Of a DNA stretch of 64,000 nucleotides, positions 1 through 14,207 are shown in pieces. Made by a program: the position numbers and the translations under genes. The stretch's first letter is position 1. Each line of letters begins with the position of its first letter. The notes under the pieces were generated by a model, which saw only the letters and a list, made by a program, of their open reading frames with translations, searched no databases and was not told where the DNA came from. Where the stretch lies: assembly GCA_012295275.1 (NCBI GenBank), contig CM022665.1:9424001-9488000 (forward strand). Direction: 5' to 3'. The stretch comes from Chrysomallon squamiferum (lineage: Eukaryota; Animalia; Mollusca).

Positions 1-632
1 ACAACAACCAAACAACAAAAACAAATAAGCAAAAAAAAAATTTCAAAACAAAACAATTAATTTATAACATTGATTTCTATCATTACGGTAAACTGAAATC
101 GGAACATAACATTATTTCCCTGTTCTGTAGTTCATTAACCGGTATAGGGAATCATAGACTTCGTTCGCATCCTGACATTTCACACAACGTGAAATTTAAC
201 TACAGATCAATTTACGAATAAATATCTGTTAAATTATACATTTACAAATGAAAAAAAACCTGTGCCAATTTGAAGCAGAAGACACGTCTCTTCACTTCCG
301 GCGGATAATAACGGTCGTATTCAAATGTTAGGCGAATTTCAACAACAGGTTATTATGTTTCTTCATGATTTCGAGTCAAAAAAAAAAAAACATTTTTTTT
401 TTATAAAACCCCTGCAAAAAACAGCTACATGAAAGAAAAACACATAAGGCGTCAAATTATATAGAAAAATAAATTTGACGAACTGCAATATCTGCCTTCA
501 GGACACAGTGACGTAATCATATGGTACGATGATTATTTACATAGCACAGACTTCTCGAGCATTCCGGTCCTAAAGTAACGCATAAATTTAAGTGATCTGA
601 ATCTGCAGTTATTATTTATGTTATGTTTATTA

Positions 633-676
<44 letters not shown>

Positions 677-1121
677 TATTTATATATATATATATATATA
701 TTTATTATATTTTTATTTTTTGAAATCTCTAAAGTTCCAAAGTACTGGAGCATTGTGATATAGTCCGATGGTTAGAGTGTATCATTTTTTTTTTTATGGT
801 GAATTTTTATCAGTGCGCTACTTCGGCTTGAAAATAATTAAGGTGAATGTGTTTCTGGAACTGTACTGCTTAAGGGTAGGTTCAGGTAAATGATCCATAG
901 ATGCTAAACGGCAGCGGTTTCCACATTATGCTATTGTAATAATAACAATAATGATGACAATGATGACGACAACAACAATAATAATAATGATGATTGTAAT
1001 AGTGATAATAGTAATGATGATGATGGTGGTGGTGGTGATGATGATGATGGTACTTTTGAAAAATAACTGAATACATTGGCCATGAAAAATATAAAAAGGA
1101 ATATATGAGATAAATAAATAA

Positions 1122-1181
<60 letters not shown>

Positions 1182-2124
1182 AAGAAGAAGAAGAAGAATA
1201 TTAAGAATTTTTTTATTATTTATTTATTAATTAATTAATTTATTATTTATTTGTTTGTTTTTTCGTTTGTTTGTTTGTTTGTTGATGTTTTCCTGTTATT
1301 TTATTTTATTTCATTTTGTATAAATATCCAAGAAAAGATGAAACACTTAATTTCCAAAAATTTCGTTACCTGCCTCGTTTTCTTTACATGACTCTTTCGT
1401 TACCTTTGGCCTGCTACCGATTAAGGCGTGTGTTATGTATGATCGAGATCACTGCATGAATGATGTGATTAGCGTCAATGAAAATAATAAAAACAATGAA
1501 GTAAAAAGACAAAAATGAGTCGATTCAGCTGTGTGAATAGAGGAGAGACACTGAAAGCTAACTGAGGTAAATAACCGCGTTGCTAATGAGTACGTTTCTT
1601 ATACCGTCTGTGTATAGCATATTAATGTGTTTACAATGTGAAATTATTGTATTTTATGGTTCTCGTAGTTCATTTCATACTGATAAAAGCTGCAATTATT
1701 TACGTCTTGTCAACATGTTAATATAAGCTAATTTCAGGCAACAATTACATTTGTTTCGTAGATGTTGTCTCTGTAATCTCACATCCTAAGCGAATAACGT
1801 GTGTTTAGTATATACATTTATTAAGGTTTCATTTTCACGTAAGGATAAATCTTCAATATATTCTTCTATGTACGTATGTATGAATCTATGTATGTATGTA
1901 TGTGTGCACTTTGTTCGATGTTCAATAGAAAGGGGAAATACATACTGAAAAAAACAAAACAATTTAGTGATCAGAAATCCCAGTGTTCGAAATTAAATTG
2001 GCGATATGTATTAAAAAACCCAGAAAATAACTAAGAAAAGGTTTGTGTGTATGTGTGTGTGTATATAATATATGTGTGTGTGTGTGTGTGTGTGTGTATT
2101 TGTGTTTGTGTGTGTATGTGTGTG

Positions 2125-2189
<65 letters not shown>

Positions 2190-4446
2190 TTGTGTTTGTG
2201 TGTGTATGTGTTCTTATTGTTGGTGACTCCAAATCTGTTACAATTGCCAAACAGTTTCAGAGATAGAAATCATCAAACGACTTTAATGAATACAAAAGAT
2301 TTAACAATAACAACATTTATTATAAGAACATTACAGTTAGTGCTTATCCCTAAACAATAGACATAGGGCTAAAAGAAAATCTATAGTTGGTAGATAGGGA
2401 ATAACCGTGGACATAATTAAATTTAGTAAACTAAGCACCGTATTAGGTTACCGATCCTTTCTAATATACGTAAGATTATGAGAATGAACAAAACCAACTG
2501 ATAAAGGTCCCATGGGGTAATCACTGAAACATGACACGTATTGGCCATTGAAGATATTGACTTATGAATTAGGGCATAATCTGTGTGACTTTCTATAGGT
2601 GCGTGTATGATGGACCAGCTTGTTAAATATGGCACGTTTTAGTCTGTTTGAGATTGTGGCACCGTCAGTAAACATTTTAATGCGTACGTGTTTCAGTGAA
2701 AATCTGCAGAAGCGAAAAGATGATGGATTTGAGGAAGTATGACTCAATCACACTTTTTAGGCAGTATACCCGCAAATAAAAACAAAACAAAAATGAAACA
2801 AAATGTCATTTTTAAAATTGTTAATGAGTGTTGAAAAAAGCCTTTTTTTATTACAAAAAGAGGCAGAAATAATTTTTAAAACTTTGCTTCACATTCATTT
2901 TATTACGATAAATGGTCCATTTTTATACTGTCATGATATTTCATTATATTCACCCGTCTATTATCGATTTATCGATCCATCCACCAAGGCATCGTTCATC
3001 CATCTGTATATCTATTCATCCATCCATCCATGAATCCAGACATCGTCGAGCTATCCGTTACATCCATCCATCCATCAGTTGCACAGGCATACAGTAGTTG
3101 TTGGCATCTTCAGTTTGCATTTGTTTTGTCCGTTCATGCCAAGTGATTACAAAGGAGTGTGAGATGACGATATTCATCAGTATTCTCGACTGATTGCATT
3201 TCTTGTTTTCTGACTTAATGCATTTCTCACAGCGGGGTCGTTTCTCTATACTCTGCGCGACCCCAGCTCAAAGTAATCCTATATGTTAACTCAATGTACT
3301 CGTAATGGGAAATTTCATGAACAAACAGGCACTGGACGAGATATTAAGCACAGGTAGTGACAGGTCAGACATATACAGGAAATACTAATAGCCTTTCATC
3401 TGTTAATGTTTCAGTTATACTCAGTTCTTAATATTTGAATACACCTCGTAATTCTTAATACTAGTTATGTTGGCCATACTTGTTAGTACCAGAGTATGCG
3501 TTGAGACAGATAATGTGTTTCTTGTTATATTTACATTATTCTAAGGTAATTTTATACTTTTAGCATTTTCCTTAATGTATCGTACTTATGTCACTGGTTT
3601 ATGTATAAACATTAACTAATATCTACTGACAAAAGAAGCTTTACCACTGTAAAACTGAAAAACTAGTTGAAACTTAATCAGTGTAAAACACATAACCGAA
3701 ACGTAACAATTGTATATTCAGCTATCCATATCTAACTCAAGAATCTTCAGCTGTTCCCGTGTTGCTTAACCAACGTGATAGGCAGACTGAGCAAACACCA
3801 GACAAGACAAAAAAAAAAAAAAAAAATAGAATTATAAAAAAAAACAGCTTCTTGCGTACCTTATATCTGCGAAATCGTTATCTGACAATGACATCATCAG
3901 CGACGAATGCCTTAGGTCATAGGCTGTTGATAGTGGCCAGGCGACTTAGGGATCATGAAATAAGAGCTTGCAGAGCAGAGAGAGGACACATATTGTCATC
4001 ATAAAATATACCAACAGAAATGTCATTTGTTACTAGGACAACGATAGATCCCGTTTAGCCAGAATCGTATAAAAAAATTCCTTGTAGGGATTTAGAAATT
4101 CACGATTTACCTTGTGCCTTTTCCTTGGAACCAAGGACGTTTCCCACGTGGCCTCATCAGAGAACTGTCATCTTCTTTGTGTCGGACAGTATTAATCTGA
4201 CTTGTTATTGAACTTGAGTGATTCTACGTATTATTTGACCAATCTGTAAAGTCGAACATTTGAATTTATACCCAGTCAGTTGAATATCGGATTTTGTTTG
4301 GTTGTCATTTTTCGTGTTTATTACGTCGACCTTTTTAGTACATTGTACTTCTTGCATACCTTTTGTTGTTTTTTAACTAGTTTGAATTAAAAATCTATGG
4401 TAAAGTTTTATTTGGCCGTTGGTATGTATGTATGTATGTATGTAAT

Positions 4447-4583
4447 ATTATAGACTGTTTGAAAAAAATAATATAAAATAATAAATATTAAAAAAATAAT
4501 AATAGTGATTATGAGTTATAGAAGTTGCTGAGTGTCTCAAGTAGTCAGATAAATAAAAAGAAAATTTTCGAAATTGTCTTTTC
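4447..4583 (+). repeat. Dispersed direct repeat, copy 1 (copy 2 at 12061-12215)
   Basis: ATTATAGACTGTTTGAAAA...GATTATGAGTTA(T/C)AGAAGTTG(C/A)TGAGTGTCTCAAG(T/C)AGTCAGATAAATAAAAAGAAAATTTTC is shared by both sites. Confidence 0.85.
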
Positions 4584-4897
4584 ATATATGTATATATATA
4601 TATTTATATAATAAATGAATTGTTACGATATTTATTTTAAGGTAATTTTCGGCTGATAGAAAAAGTCTACAAAGACTAACTCACCGGAGGTTTTACAGCG
4701 AAGTTGTAGTTCAAACAAACAAACAAACCATCAAACAAAGAAAAATGAACATACAAACACAACAAAAAACGAACACACAAACAAACAAATAAACAACAAA
4801 AACGAACAAACAAATCATTCATTTTGCTCGAACATGTTTAAGATTCAAACATTAGATATTAAACAATAGTTGACGAACATTTTACTGTCATTGTCCG

Positions 4898-4980
<83 letters not shown>

Positions 4981-6136
4981 CTATTTGGCTATCTATCTTC
5001 CACTCTCTGTCTCTTTCAGACAGGTTACAGTCTTCGTGTTTCAGGTTTCACTTTTGATAGCGGTTTATTGATCAGAAACCTTTAATAGATGCATGCAACT
5101 CGTGAACTTGAATGCATTTTTTTTTTTTTTATTATGTCGCATTTGGCAATGAAGTTGTTTGCTTCATAAAGCAATCGTAGTTCCTGCTATTAATTTTATT
5201 TTCAGTTGACAAATTTTTGTGTAAATTACATAAAAAGATCTTTATTTATGATTTGTGGCGTTAATTTGAGACTTGATGTTTAAAAAAAAAAAAAAAATAT
5301 TATAATAATAATGTGCCATTTTGTGTCCTTTTGATTTGAAATTCTTCACAAGGCATTGTCTTTTATTTCGTTTGTTTTCAACAGATTACTTTATTAGACA
5401 TTTTAAACTCTAGTGGATTGCAAATATGGAAAAAAAAATAAAAAATAAAAAATAAATAAAACCAGGAACCTTTCAGATTAATACTTTAAACTGAACTGAG
5501 AGTAAGCTTTACTGTTTTCGTTATTAAAATATTTTAGCTAAATCCTTGCAGCTGAGGATTCTAGGTGGGTTTTTTTTTTTTTTTTTTTTTTCCGTTCTTT
5601 TTTTTTTTTTTTTTTTTTTTTTGATTTCTTTTCTATTTCCTTTGGCTTATTTCCCGTTACTGCCTTTTCCCCTGGACTGGTTTATTTAAAGTGCATATAA
5701 AGTATCCATTGCTAATAATCGATTTGAATATCGGTTTTCCTCTTTCACATTCGCACTGTATTTTATACAGATTACTGATACCCAATAACCTTAAATACAG
5801 AAATGTTCTGAAGAGTCATTTCATTTCAGGTTTTCTTATTATATTATTATTGTTTAACTTAAGTTAAAATTTAAGATGAAAATAAAACATTTGTATTCAG
5901 CATTTAGATAACTTAGAAGATTCATGAACAAATGCTTTGATGTAATATAGACTGACACTGAAGATTATCAAATTTGTTTAAATTATTTAACTTTTTTTTA
6001 TTTATTTATTTATTTATTTGTTTGTTTCTAGTAATAATTATGTTATTATAATCTGTGGTTCTGTACGTATAAGATTTTAATATTCGTAAAATGCATATTA
6101 CTAACTGATATAAGCGAAATGAATTGTTGCCTCACA

Positions 6137-6179
<43 letters not shown>

Positions 6180-6686
6180 AATCCAAGCTCCATCTACGTT
6201 TAAACACACCACCCTAAAAATAAAAAAAATAAAAAATAAAAAAATTATAATAATAATAATAATAATACCCAAACAACCAAAACAAACAAGAAAAAAACAA
6301 ACAAATTCCCCACAACAAACATCAACAAACCCTTCTTTATTAAAAGAAGAAAACGGAAACTAACAAAATATTCTATTATAAAGATATCAAACAGTCTGTC
6401 TACTTTGTCTACATCATTAGTGTTGAACCTAGGCGTTGTAAAGTAAACGTAACAACATCCACTGTGAGCACAACGCAATAAAGTCACGACCAGGTTTAAC
6501 AGACGTTTTAGAATTAATTGTCTATAACACATTTCTTCACGCGGGTTTGCTTGTTTTCTATAGTAAAGACCATTAATGGCACATGACTTGTTAATGTTGT
6601 ATGAAATCAATACAGTTTATTTTTAAAGACATATCCTTTCAGTTCTTTCAATCTGCAGCTACAGAAAAGAATAGTTCTACAAAATG

Positions 6687-6722
<36 letters not shown>

Positions 6723-7464
6723 TTGACATAATGAAAACTCAATTAATGGTACACAGACTGTTAATGTTACATGAAATCAGTGACATTTATTTTTATAGAT
6801 ATATCTTTTCTGTTCTGCAAAATTTATATGGATTTCCGAGTTGTCATAATGAAAACTCGATAACACATTAACTTTGCGACTGATGGTTCTAGCATTTCGT
6901 CATTTCCGGAAAATTCAGAAGTCAGGGTCAACTCTTGTATCAAGTATGCCGAACAAATCGTCTGATACCTTGAAAAATATGTTTTGTCTGCAATTGTCGG
7001 ATTGTTTTTAATACGTCACAATCGAAAAATATTTAACCTAAGTTATAAAATAATGTTTGAAATACAAGAATAACAAAGAAAATCTAATTTGTATTATGAT
7101 CCTTAAATTTAATTAATCATGTAGATTGTCTTTGATTCCAATTTTTATAGTATTCCCTTTAAATATTTTAATTAATTAGATACCATTTGAACTTTTTGTT
7201 TTAGATAACTACAAATTATGGCTTCTTTTTAGCGTACCTGTTACTACGACGCATGTTTGCCGTTGTAAACAAACGAATCCTCATTTTCCTATCAAACTTG
7301 ATAGTTTTCACTTGACAAGAACACTGCAACTGATACAGTCATACTGCAAACCGATACTTTTGAACAGAACACCTTAAAACATCAGTGTTATGTAGTAACT
7401 GATATATCTGTTGTTGAGGCAAAATATATTTAATGTCTAGGTGAGTTAATGCCAAAAATTGTAT

Positions 7465-7503
<39 letters not shown>

Positions 7504-8396
7504 GTATATACGTTAATAATAAAGCATGGCTGCAGTTATAAGGTATGGTGGTTAATATTTTTTTAATGTTTTTATGATGTTACTTCGATAACAATAAAGT
7601 AAAATAATTTTATTATTATTTTTTTTTTTTAAATTACTAAAAAAAAAAAAAAAAAAGAAGAAAGAAACAAATAAATAAAATACAATAAAATAATTTTAAA
7701 TAGTCTGGACAGACTGAGTATATGAAAGTCAGTCTGTGTCGTGTATTGTATTTACTTACATTTTTAATTTTTATAGAATCTACTAAACGACGACACAAAA
7801 ACTGACAAAAAAATTTTTTTTTTTTTTTTTTTTATAATAATAACAATGATAGCCTGCATATATTATATCAGCTTTGTTAAATTGGTTACAGTTTATCTTA
7901 GTGTCTAGAAAGCAATAAAATAGTCGGATTTAAAATACTTATATACTAATTTAGGCTACTAAAGTTTGCTAGTAGAATATCTTCAAGGAATTCATGAAAC
8001 AAAACGTCTTTTCGGCTAAAAGTATAAAACCTGTTATTATTACAACTAAAAGGTCCGTTTCGTGAAATCTGCACATTGAACCATCTTTAAATTTATTTAT
8101 AACATTGAAAATGTTTTTCTCAAAAGAAAAAAAAAAGAAAATTAAATAAATAAATTGCAAGTAAACCCCCCCCAAAAAAAAAATGTTGATGACAAATGCA
8201 TGTGATTAAAATATTTTTTTTTTCTTTTTTTTTTCTTTTAAAGACGACTTAAAGGAAATATGTCTTTTATTTGCACTGTAATATTATTGCGTTAAAAGAC
8301 CTCTTGAATTGAAATGAATAAAACATGATGCTTTTAATGCAGATAGAAAAAAAAACAGCGGAAAAAAAAATTGACAAAGATAACTGACAAAGTCAT

Positions 8397-8432
<36 letters not shown>

Positions 8433-8882
8433 GATAAAAAAGGAACTTACGTCCCGAACGGAAAAACAATGATACTGAAACTGAAGAAGTGCAACGTGAT
8501 ATTTAGAACAACAACATCACTGACTTTGTCAGAATTTTATTAAATCATGAGAAGTTTGAAGATTTTCAATTTGACGTGAGGCGCCATTTACTAGTTTGTC
8601 TTCCATACACTGCAACCGTGATATATTAATGTCTGAACACGATATCCCTTTAATGAGAAATATTCCTTATTTTCTTAAATCCGATCTGTTCAAAATAGGT
8701 AATAAGGTTTATTGAAAATAGTAAACTGAGCCAAAATTACTTATCATTATCTATTTTGATTAAATTCCATTTTACATTTTTATCCGCACCATCTGCACAC
8801 TGTCGATTCAGTAGTTTTATTTTCTCCTTTCGTCTATTTCTTTTACTCAGTCTCTCTGTCTGTCTGTCTTTGAGATTCATTT

Positions 8883-8925
8883 ATGTACGTACGTATGTAT
8901 GTCTGTATGTATGCATGTATGCATG

Positions 8926-8956
<31 letters not shown>

Positions 8957-9085
8957 CTATGTGTGTATGTGTGTGTGTATGTATGTATGTATGTATGTAT
9001 GCATGTATGTATGGATGTATGCATGTATGTATGTATATTCATGTGTTTGTGTGTGTGTGTGAGTGTGTATATGCATATATGTATC
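8883..9085. repeat. (TATG)n/(TG)n compound microsatellite
   Basis: Read directly; it accounts for the 201-aa and 139-aa ORFs here. Confidence 0.9.
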
Positions 9086-10795
9086 TGTCTATCTACACAT
9101 ATATCTGTATTTATATTCTCTATAGATATCTCATCGGATAACAAAAATTCTTTAAACAAAACATTGGAGTTTGGCCTGATATTTTTATTCTGTATATCTC
9201 TTAAGACGTTTTTTTTTATCTGCTTTTTTCTTCTTTTTTTCCCCCAACATCTAAATATTATCCAAAAAAAGAGACATAATTTAACTTCCAGTAATGACAA
9301 AGATGTTCATGCTGTTCATTATCTAATACCTGTGTCACACTTTCATCGTAAAATATTTTAAATTAATTTATTAATCTCGTTGTTTCTTCAGAAAAACGAA
9401 AGAGAAATGATTTTTTAAGGTCAAAGATTTTACATTCATTCCATCACTGATAGAACGCTAATGAAAAAAAACTTATGTAATTTAATAACCTTGAATCATT
9501 AATCTAGCTTTATCTTTTTAGTTCGCTTCATCCTTAACTTTCAGCTCTTCCCATCTTTTTTTTATCTGCTTTCTGCAACCGATGCAAGATTTACTATGGC
9601 TTCAAACATGTGTTTTTTCCCTGTTAAACGTATACTGATGGATTCAAACAGACAGTCAAACAAACACACATTTACACACATACACACACTCACAAACACA
9701 CACACATATATACATGTATATACATACATACGTACTTATCTATATACATACATACGTACTTATATACATACATATATACACACACACACTATACATGCAT
9801 AAAAACACACGTACGTATACAATACGTACTTATTCTTAAAAATGTGGTGAATATTTTATCTTGTGCTGATCATTTCACAAACCTCACACAAACACATAGA
9901 CAGACATACATACAAAATTAAAAAACTGTTCTTGTTAATTTTTTATAACAATATTTCTTTGTTTTTATGTTTTCATTAAGAAAAATAAAAACATTAAAAC
10001 ATAATTTAATTATTAATGTTCGGTATAAACATCACTATGCAGTCTCCTGGAATAATTATCTAATATTTCGTTATCAATATTAATAGACTGTTGCACAGTT
10101 TGTTATGTCTTTTCGCTAAGCGGACACTCACTGATTCGTTTCAAGCGAACAAATACATTACTGCACTGTCAGAATATGTATGTATCATACAAGCTGGAAA
10201 TAATACAGAATAATATGGCATCCATAATGCATTTGTTAAATGATGAATTTAATAGTTTTAAATATTCATAAATATTTTCGTTATAATACAAAAGTAACAC
10301 CCTTTTTTATTTATTCGCTTTATTTGATCGAAATATATATGTAATTATGTATGTATGTATGCATGCATGTATGCATGTATGCATGTATGTATGTGTGTAT
10401 GTATGCATGTATGTATGATATATGTATGTATGTGTGTATGTATATATGATATATGTATGTATCTATGTATGAAAAGAAAAGAAAGACAGATCGCGGACCG
10501 TCTACACCGTGTGGTTCTTTTTACTAAGGTATTACTATTAACTCTCCGACTGAAACCTAGAAATATTGAACAAATATCGTTTTGACAGATTAATAGACTG
10601 GTATAATTTCCTCAGTCTTGCCGATATTGATATCACACTGGTTCTGGTCTGTGCTACGCGTTTCGTTCATTGTAGTTACTGAGCTAGTTTTCCATTAAAT
10701 AAACCGTTATCAGTGACGGATTTGATGCCTAAATGACAAAATTAGCTGCACTGTGTGATATAAAGTGCATACACGCTTTCTCATCTTACAGTCTT

Positions 10796-10870
10796 GGGTG
10801 GAGCGTTGCTCAGGATTGTAATACTTGCCTTAGAAATCACACATAACAGGATCAATCCCCCTCGATGCGT
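10796..10870 (+). mobile_element. Possible decayed tRNA-derived SINE head
   Basis: A-box-like TTGCTCAGGATTG and B-box-like GGATCAATCCC at tRNA-like spacing; no cloverleaf, so not called a tRNA. Confidence 0.3.
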
Positions 10871-11171
10871 TAGCAGAGCTAGTTACCGGAGTTAAGAAGT
10901 TTAAGAAGTTCCCCACAGCTTGTAATCTCACACTTTTTGTTGTTCTTTTTCGTTTATGATAAAGTATAATGTAAAATACTACTTGTTGTTAAGTTAAAAA
11001 TGTTTCAACATTCCTTTGAAAATAGACCCAACATATTGTTTTGTTTGATATCTTAATTAAGTAAGAAATAATATTACAAATTTTATTTTTGATTCTTAAG
11101 AGAGGACTGGGTCATGATCAGTCCCTTGTGCGATATCCTGCATCAGTTAGTGTGACTGGTTTATCCAAGGT

Positions 11172-11255
<84 letters not shown>

Positions 11256-11277
11256 ATAATAATAATAATAATAATAA
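11172..11277. repeat. Compound (TAC)n(TAA)n microsatellite
   Basis: Read directly from the sequence. Confidence 0.95.
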
Positions 11278-11289
11278 AACTTCTTTTTT

Positions 11290-11712
11290 TTCTTCTTCGT
11301 TGTGGTCTGCGGTTAGGCACCTCCCTGCAAGTAGTTTGGCCCAGCTCATCCGTCTTCGGTGATGGTCTGTATTAGTCTAGACTCTACCCTTTTCAAACTT
11401 TTTGACTTGCGGACCCCTTTATATTTCAGGCTTTACCTTAGGGACCCCCTTATAAACGCTTATGAAATTTATAATAAATATTTGCTTAAAATAACATATA
11501 TAAAATCAAACTGCCCATAAAAAGTATTCGCTGTTCCACGGACCCCCTGTCTTGTACTTGCGGACCCCCTGTGGTCCGCGAACCACAGTTTGAAAACCCC
11601 TGGTCTAGACTCTACCCTTTGACCTTTCAGTTTGCAAATTCACCACCAGGAGATACAGCTCCTGCTGATATAGCTTTCAGACATGCAAGATACCTGACCA
11701 TATCAAGGAATC
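11290..11712 (-). mobile_element. Probable RTE-clade-derived short non-autonomous retroelement, interrupted by the hAT MITE
   Basis: The minus strand reads CCTTGATATGGT...GAAAGCTAT...CTCCTGGT...AGGTCAAAGGGTAGAG, resembling RTE 5' regions as remembered, and runs into GAA/TTA/GTA simple-repeat tails. Not verified by search. Confidence 0.4.
11390..11602. mobile_element. hAT (Charlie-like) MITE
   Basis: Right end AGTTTGAAAACCCCTG and left end TTTCAAACTT form inverted termini (the left one is truncated). Internal GCGGACCCC repeats. Flanked by GTCTAGAC, the nTCTAGAn target preference known for Charlie-type hATs. Confidence 0.7.
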
Positions 11713-12060
11713 GGTCATGAAGTGGAACCAAATTAAAAATAATAAATAAATAAATAAATGAAAGAAAGAAAGAAAGAAAGAAAGAAAAGATAGAAAAAAA
11801 AGAAAAGAAAAAGACCCTCCCCGCAAAAAAAAAAAAAAAAAACGAGAAAAAATTACAAATATATATTTCCCCCCTATTACTGTTGCAAAGTTTTTAATAA
11901 CTGTATTAATTTCATCTCTAAGTTTTCAGAACTGAAACTTGTCTGTGATGGTTAAACTACATACACGAACGTGGAGTTAAGGATTATAAATTAGGTAAAT
12001 GTACAAATATTTGCTAACTACTTGCCGAGACTTAAAATTTGCGAAGTAACTGTGATTAAT

Positions 12061-12215
12061 ATTATAGACTGTTTGAAAAAAAAAAAAAAAAAAAAAAAAA
12101 GTAATAATAATAAATATTAAACAAATAATAATAATACTGATTATGAGTTACAGAAGTTGATGAGTGTCTCAAGCAGTCAGATAAATAAAAAGAAAATTTT
12201 CTAAATTGTCTTTTC
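12061..12215 (+). repeat. Dispersed direct repeat, copy 2 (copy 1 at 4447-4583)
   Basis: Same sequence as 4447-4583 with an expanded A-tract. Confidence 0.85.
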
Positions 12216-12354
12216 CGAATATTAATAAGTCTGGCTGCCACAAATCATAGAAAGAAAAAAAAGAAAACATACACACACACACGTATAACATTTCCGTATC
12301 AGTAAAATAAATTAAAAAATTAATAAATAAATAATAAACCCCCTGAAATCTGGC

Positions 12355-12406
<52 letters not shown>

Positions 12407-13344
12407 CGAAAAACTATCCAAAACAAAAGAAATCAGTTTGGAATTAAATCGTTTATTCACGAAACATTTATATTTACATTTCATCTTGTGGACTAGCGAA
12501 GTATTATTTGTTTTCAGACTTATGATTCCGTTTGTTGAAAATACACAGAAAAAAAAACAAAAAACAAACAACACAAAGTTATTAATGATATAGAAATAAT
12601 CAGTACACTGTTTGTAACAAGGCCTTTTTAAAACAATGCCACGAAACCAATAACGAATAAATATTTACAGTCCGTTTCGTTGCTGTTAATTTTTATAACA
12701 GTAAAATGCTCAAGGACTTCACTGAACACATTTTATTCTTGATGTAAAATAAATAAATTAATGTCCTTTAATTACTAAATTAAAGCAACTATGTATTGTT
12801 GTATAAATATGTATGTGCGTGTGTGTTTGTGTGTATATTAGGTGGTGGTGGTGGTGTGTGTGTGTGTGTGTGTGTGTGGTGCATGTGTGTTTATATTTAT
12901 GTAGTCTTGCTACGTTTAATCTCTGTCCACTGGTTAAGATTTTGTTTTTATTAATCGAAAAAGAAAAGCGGTCATTTTGGTGGCTTCTGGAATTGCTTTA
13001 TAACAAAGACATGTTTTTTCCTTAGGCTTCTTCTATTTATGCAGCCTTCCTGTACTCACAGAATACTACTATTACGGTTAATGAGAGAAACGCTTGACAA
13101 TAATTTGGGTCATAAACAATTTTCTTCTTCATCTTTGAATCCAAATTCAAGATAAATTTAATTCAGTGTTACCATCCAGTCGTAACTAAAATTAATGTGA
13201 ATTCCATAACATGAATAATAGTGCAGCCAAGCAGTTATGATTAGCTGATATGAAATTGAATTTAAAATTGATGATAAAAAATTTAGTTAAGTGAAGGTGC
13301 ATGTGAAAGCAAGGAGAATTATTTCTTCAAGCAATGTTATGTAA

Positions 13345-13402
<58 letters not shown>

Positions 13403-13911
13403 TAAACATGGAGCAGTGGGGTTTTCTCTATCAGAATATAATTATATAAAAAATGATTTCTTTCTTACAAAATATTCGTTACTGTTGAAACACATGTGCG
13501 TACATGTATTATTATTACTAAAATATCCGAGCCATTCATAATAAAAAGCAGCAGAAAACATCTACATGTATTATATAGTAAGTTTTATTATGTAATAATC
13601 AAGCCTATAACAGTGAGATTTATAAGATGGAATTTGATGCTACTGCTCGATCTCTGATTTAAACTAACCATTGTAATACGAACGACACGCAACACCACAG
13701 AAATATTACCAAGCTCGTTTCACTGTCATTCAAATAAACGTACATGTATATGATACATTTTAATACGATCTTCCAGCTTGAAACGTAGCTTAAATGCGAT
13801 GAAGAAAAACAAACAAACCAAACAACTATAGCGTCAAAAAGGCATGTTATAGTTTTTAAACATTTTCACATTCACAGCTGAATATCCAAATTCTTCAGTG
13901 CTGCGCTTTAA

Positions 13912-13953
<42 letters not shown>

Positions 13954-14075
13954 AATAAAACACTCAAAAACAAAATATTTTGATTTTCCTTTCTTCTAGG
14001 TGACAAAGGCAGAAACACCCGATGGTTAAACATGAGAGTTACGTCATCAGATTTGTTGTCACGTGATGATAATAC

Positions 14076-14207
14076 TTAAAACGTCATGGCGTCTTTCATT
14101 ATGTGACTGATGAACTTGAAGAGATCCGACCACGCCTGCTCCAGTTCTGGCGTCCATCTGTCCCCCAAGACTGGCTGAATAGCCCAGATAAACTGAGGCC
14201 CAATCAA
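14076..14207 (-). CDS. GbX: Globin X-like gene, shared terminal exon 3 (helices G7-H)
   Basis: Not in the ORF track; read by hand. Acceptor TTACAG| at 14209-14208, phase 0 (globin G7.0 intron, 871 bp). Encodes LIGPQFIWAIQPVLGDRWTPELEQAWSDLFKFISHIMKDAMTF then TAA (14078-14076). DRWTPELEQAW matches the globin X GH/H motif. Confidence 0.95.
   Translation of the reverse strand: MIGPQFIWAIQPVLGDRWTPELEQAWSDLFKFISHIMKDAMTF

Noticed and set aside
2697-2742. Possible plus-strand terminal exon (TTTCAG| ENLQKRKDDGFEEV stop)
   Set aside because: Too short, with no upstream partner exon or family match visible in the window.
8756-9361. Longest ORF in the track (201 aa) and similar CV-, SL-, ER- and poly-L/I-rich ORFs elsewhere
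   Set aside because: These are translations of microsatellites.
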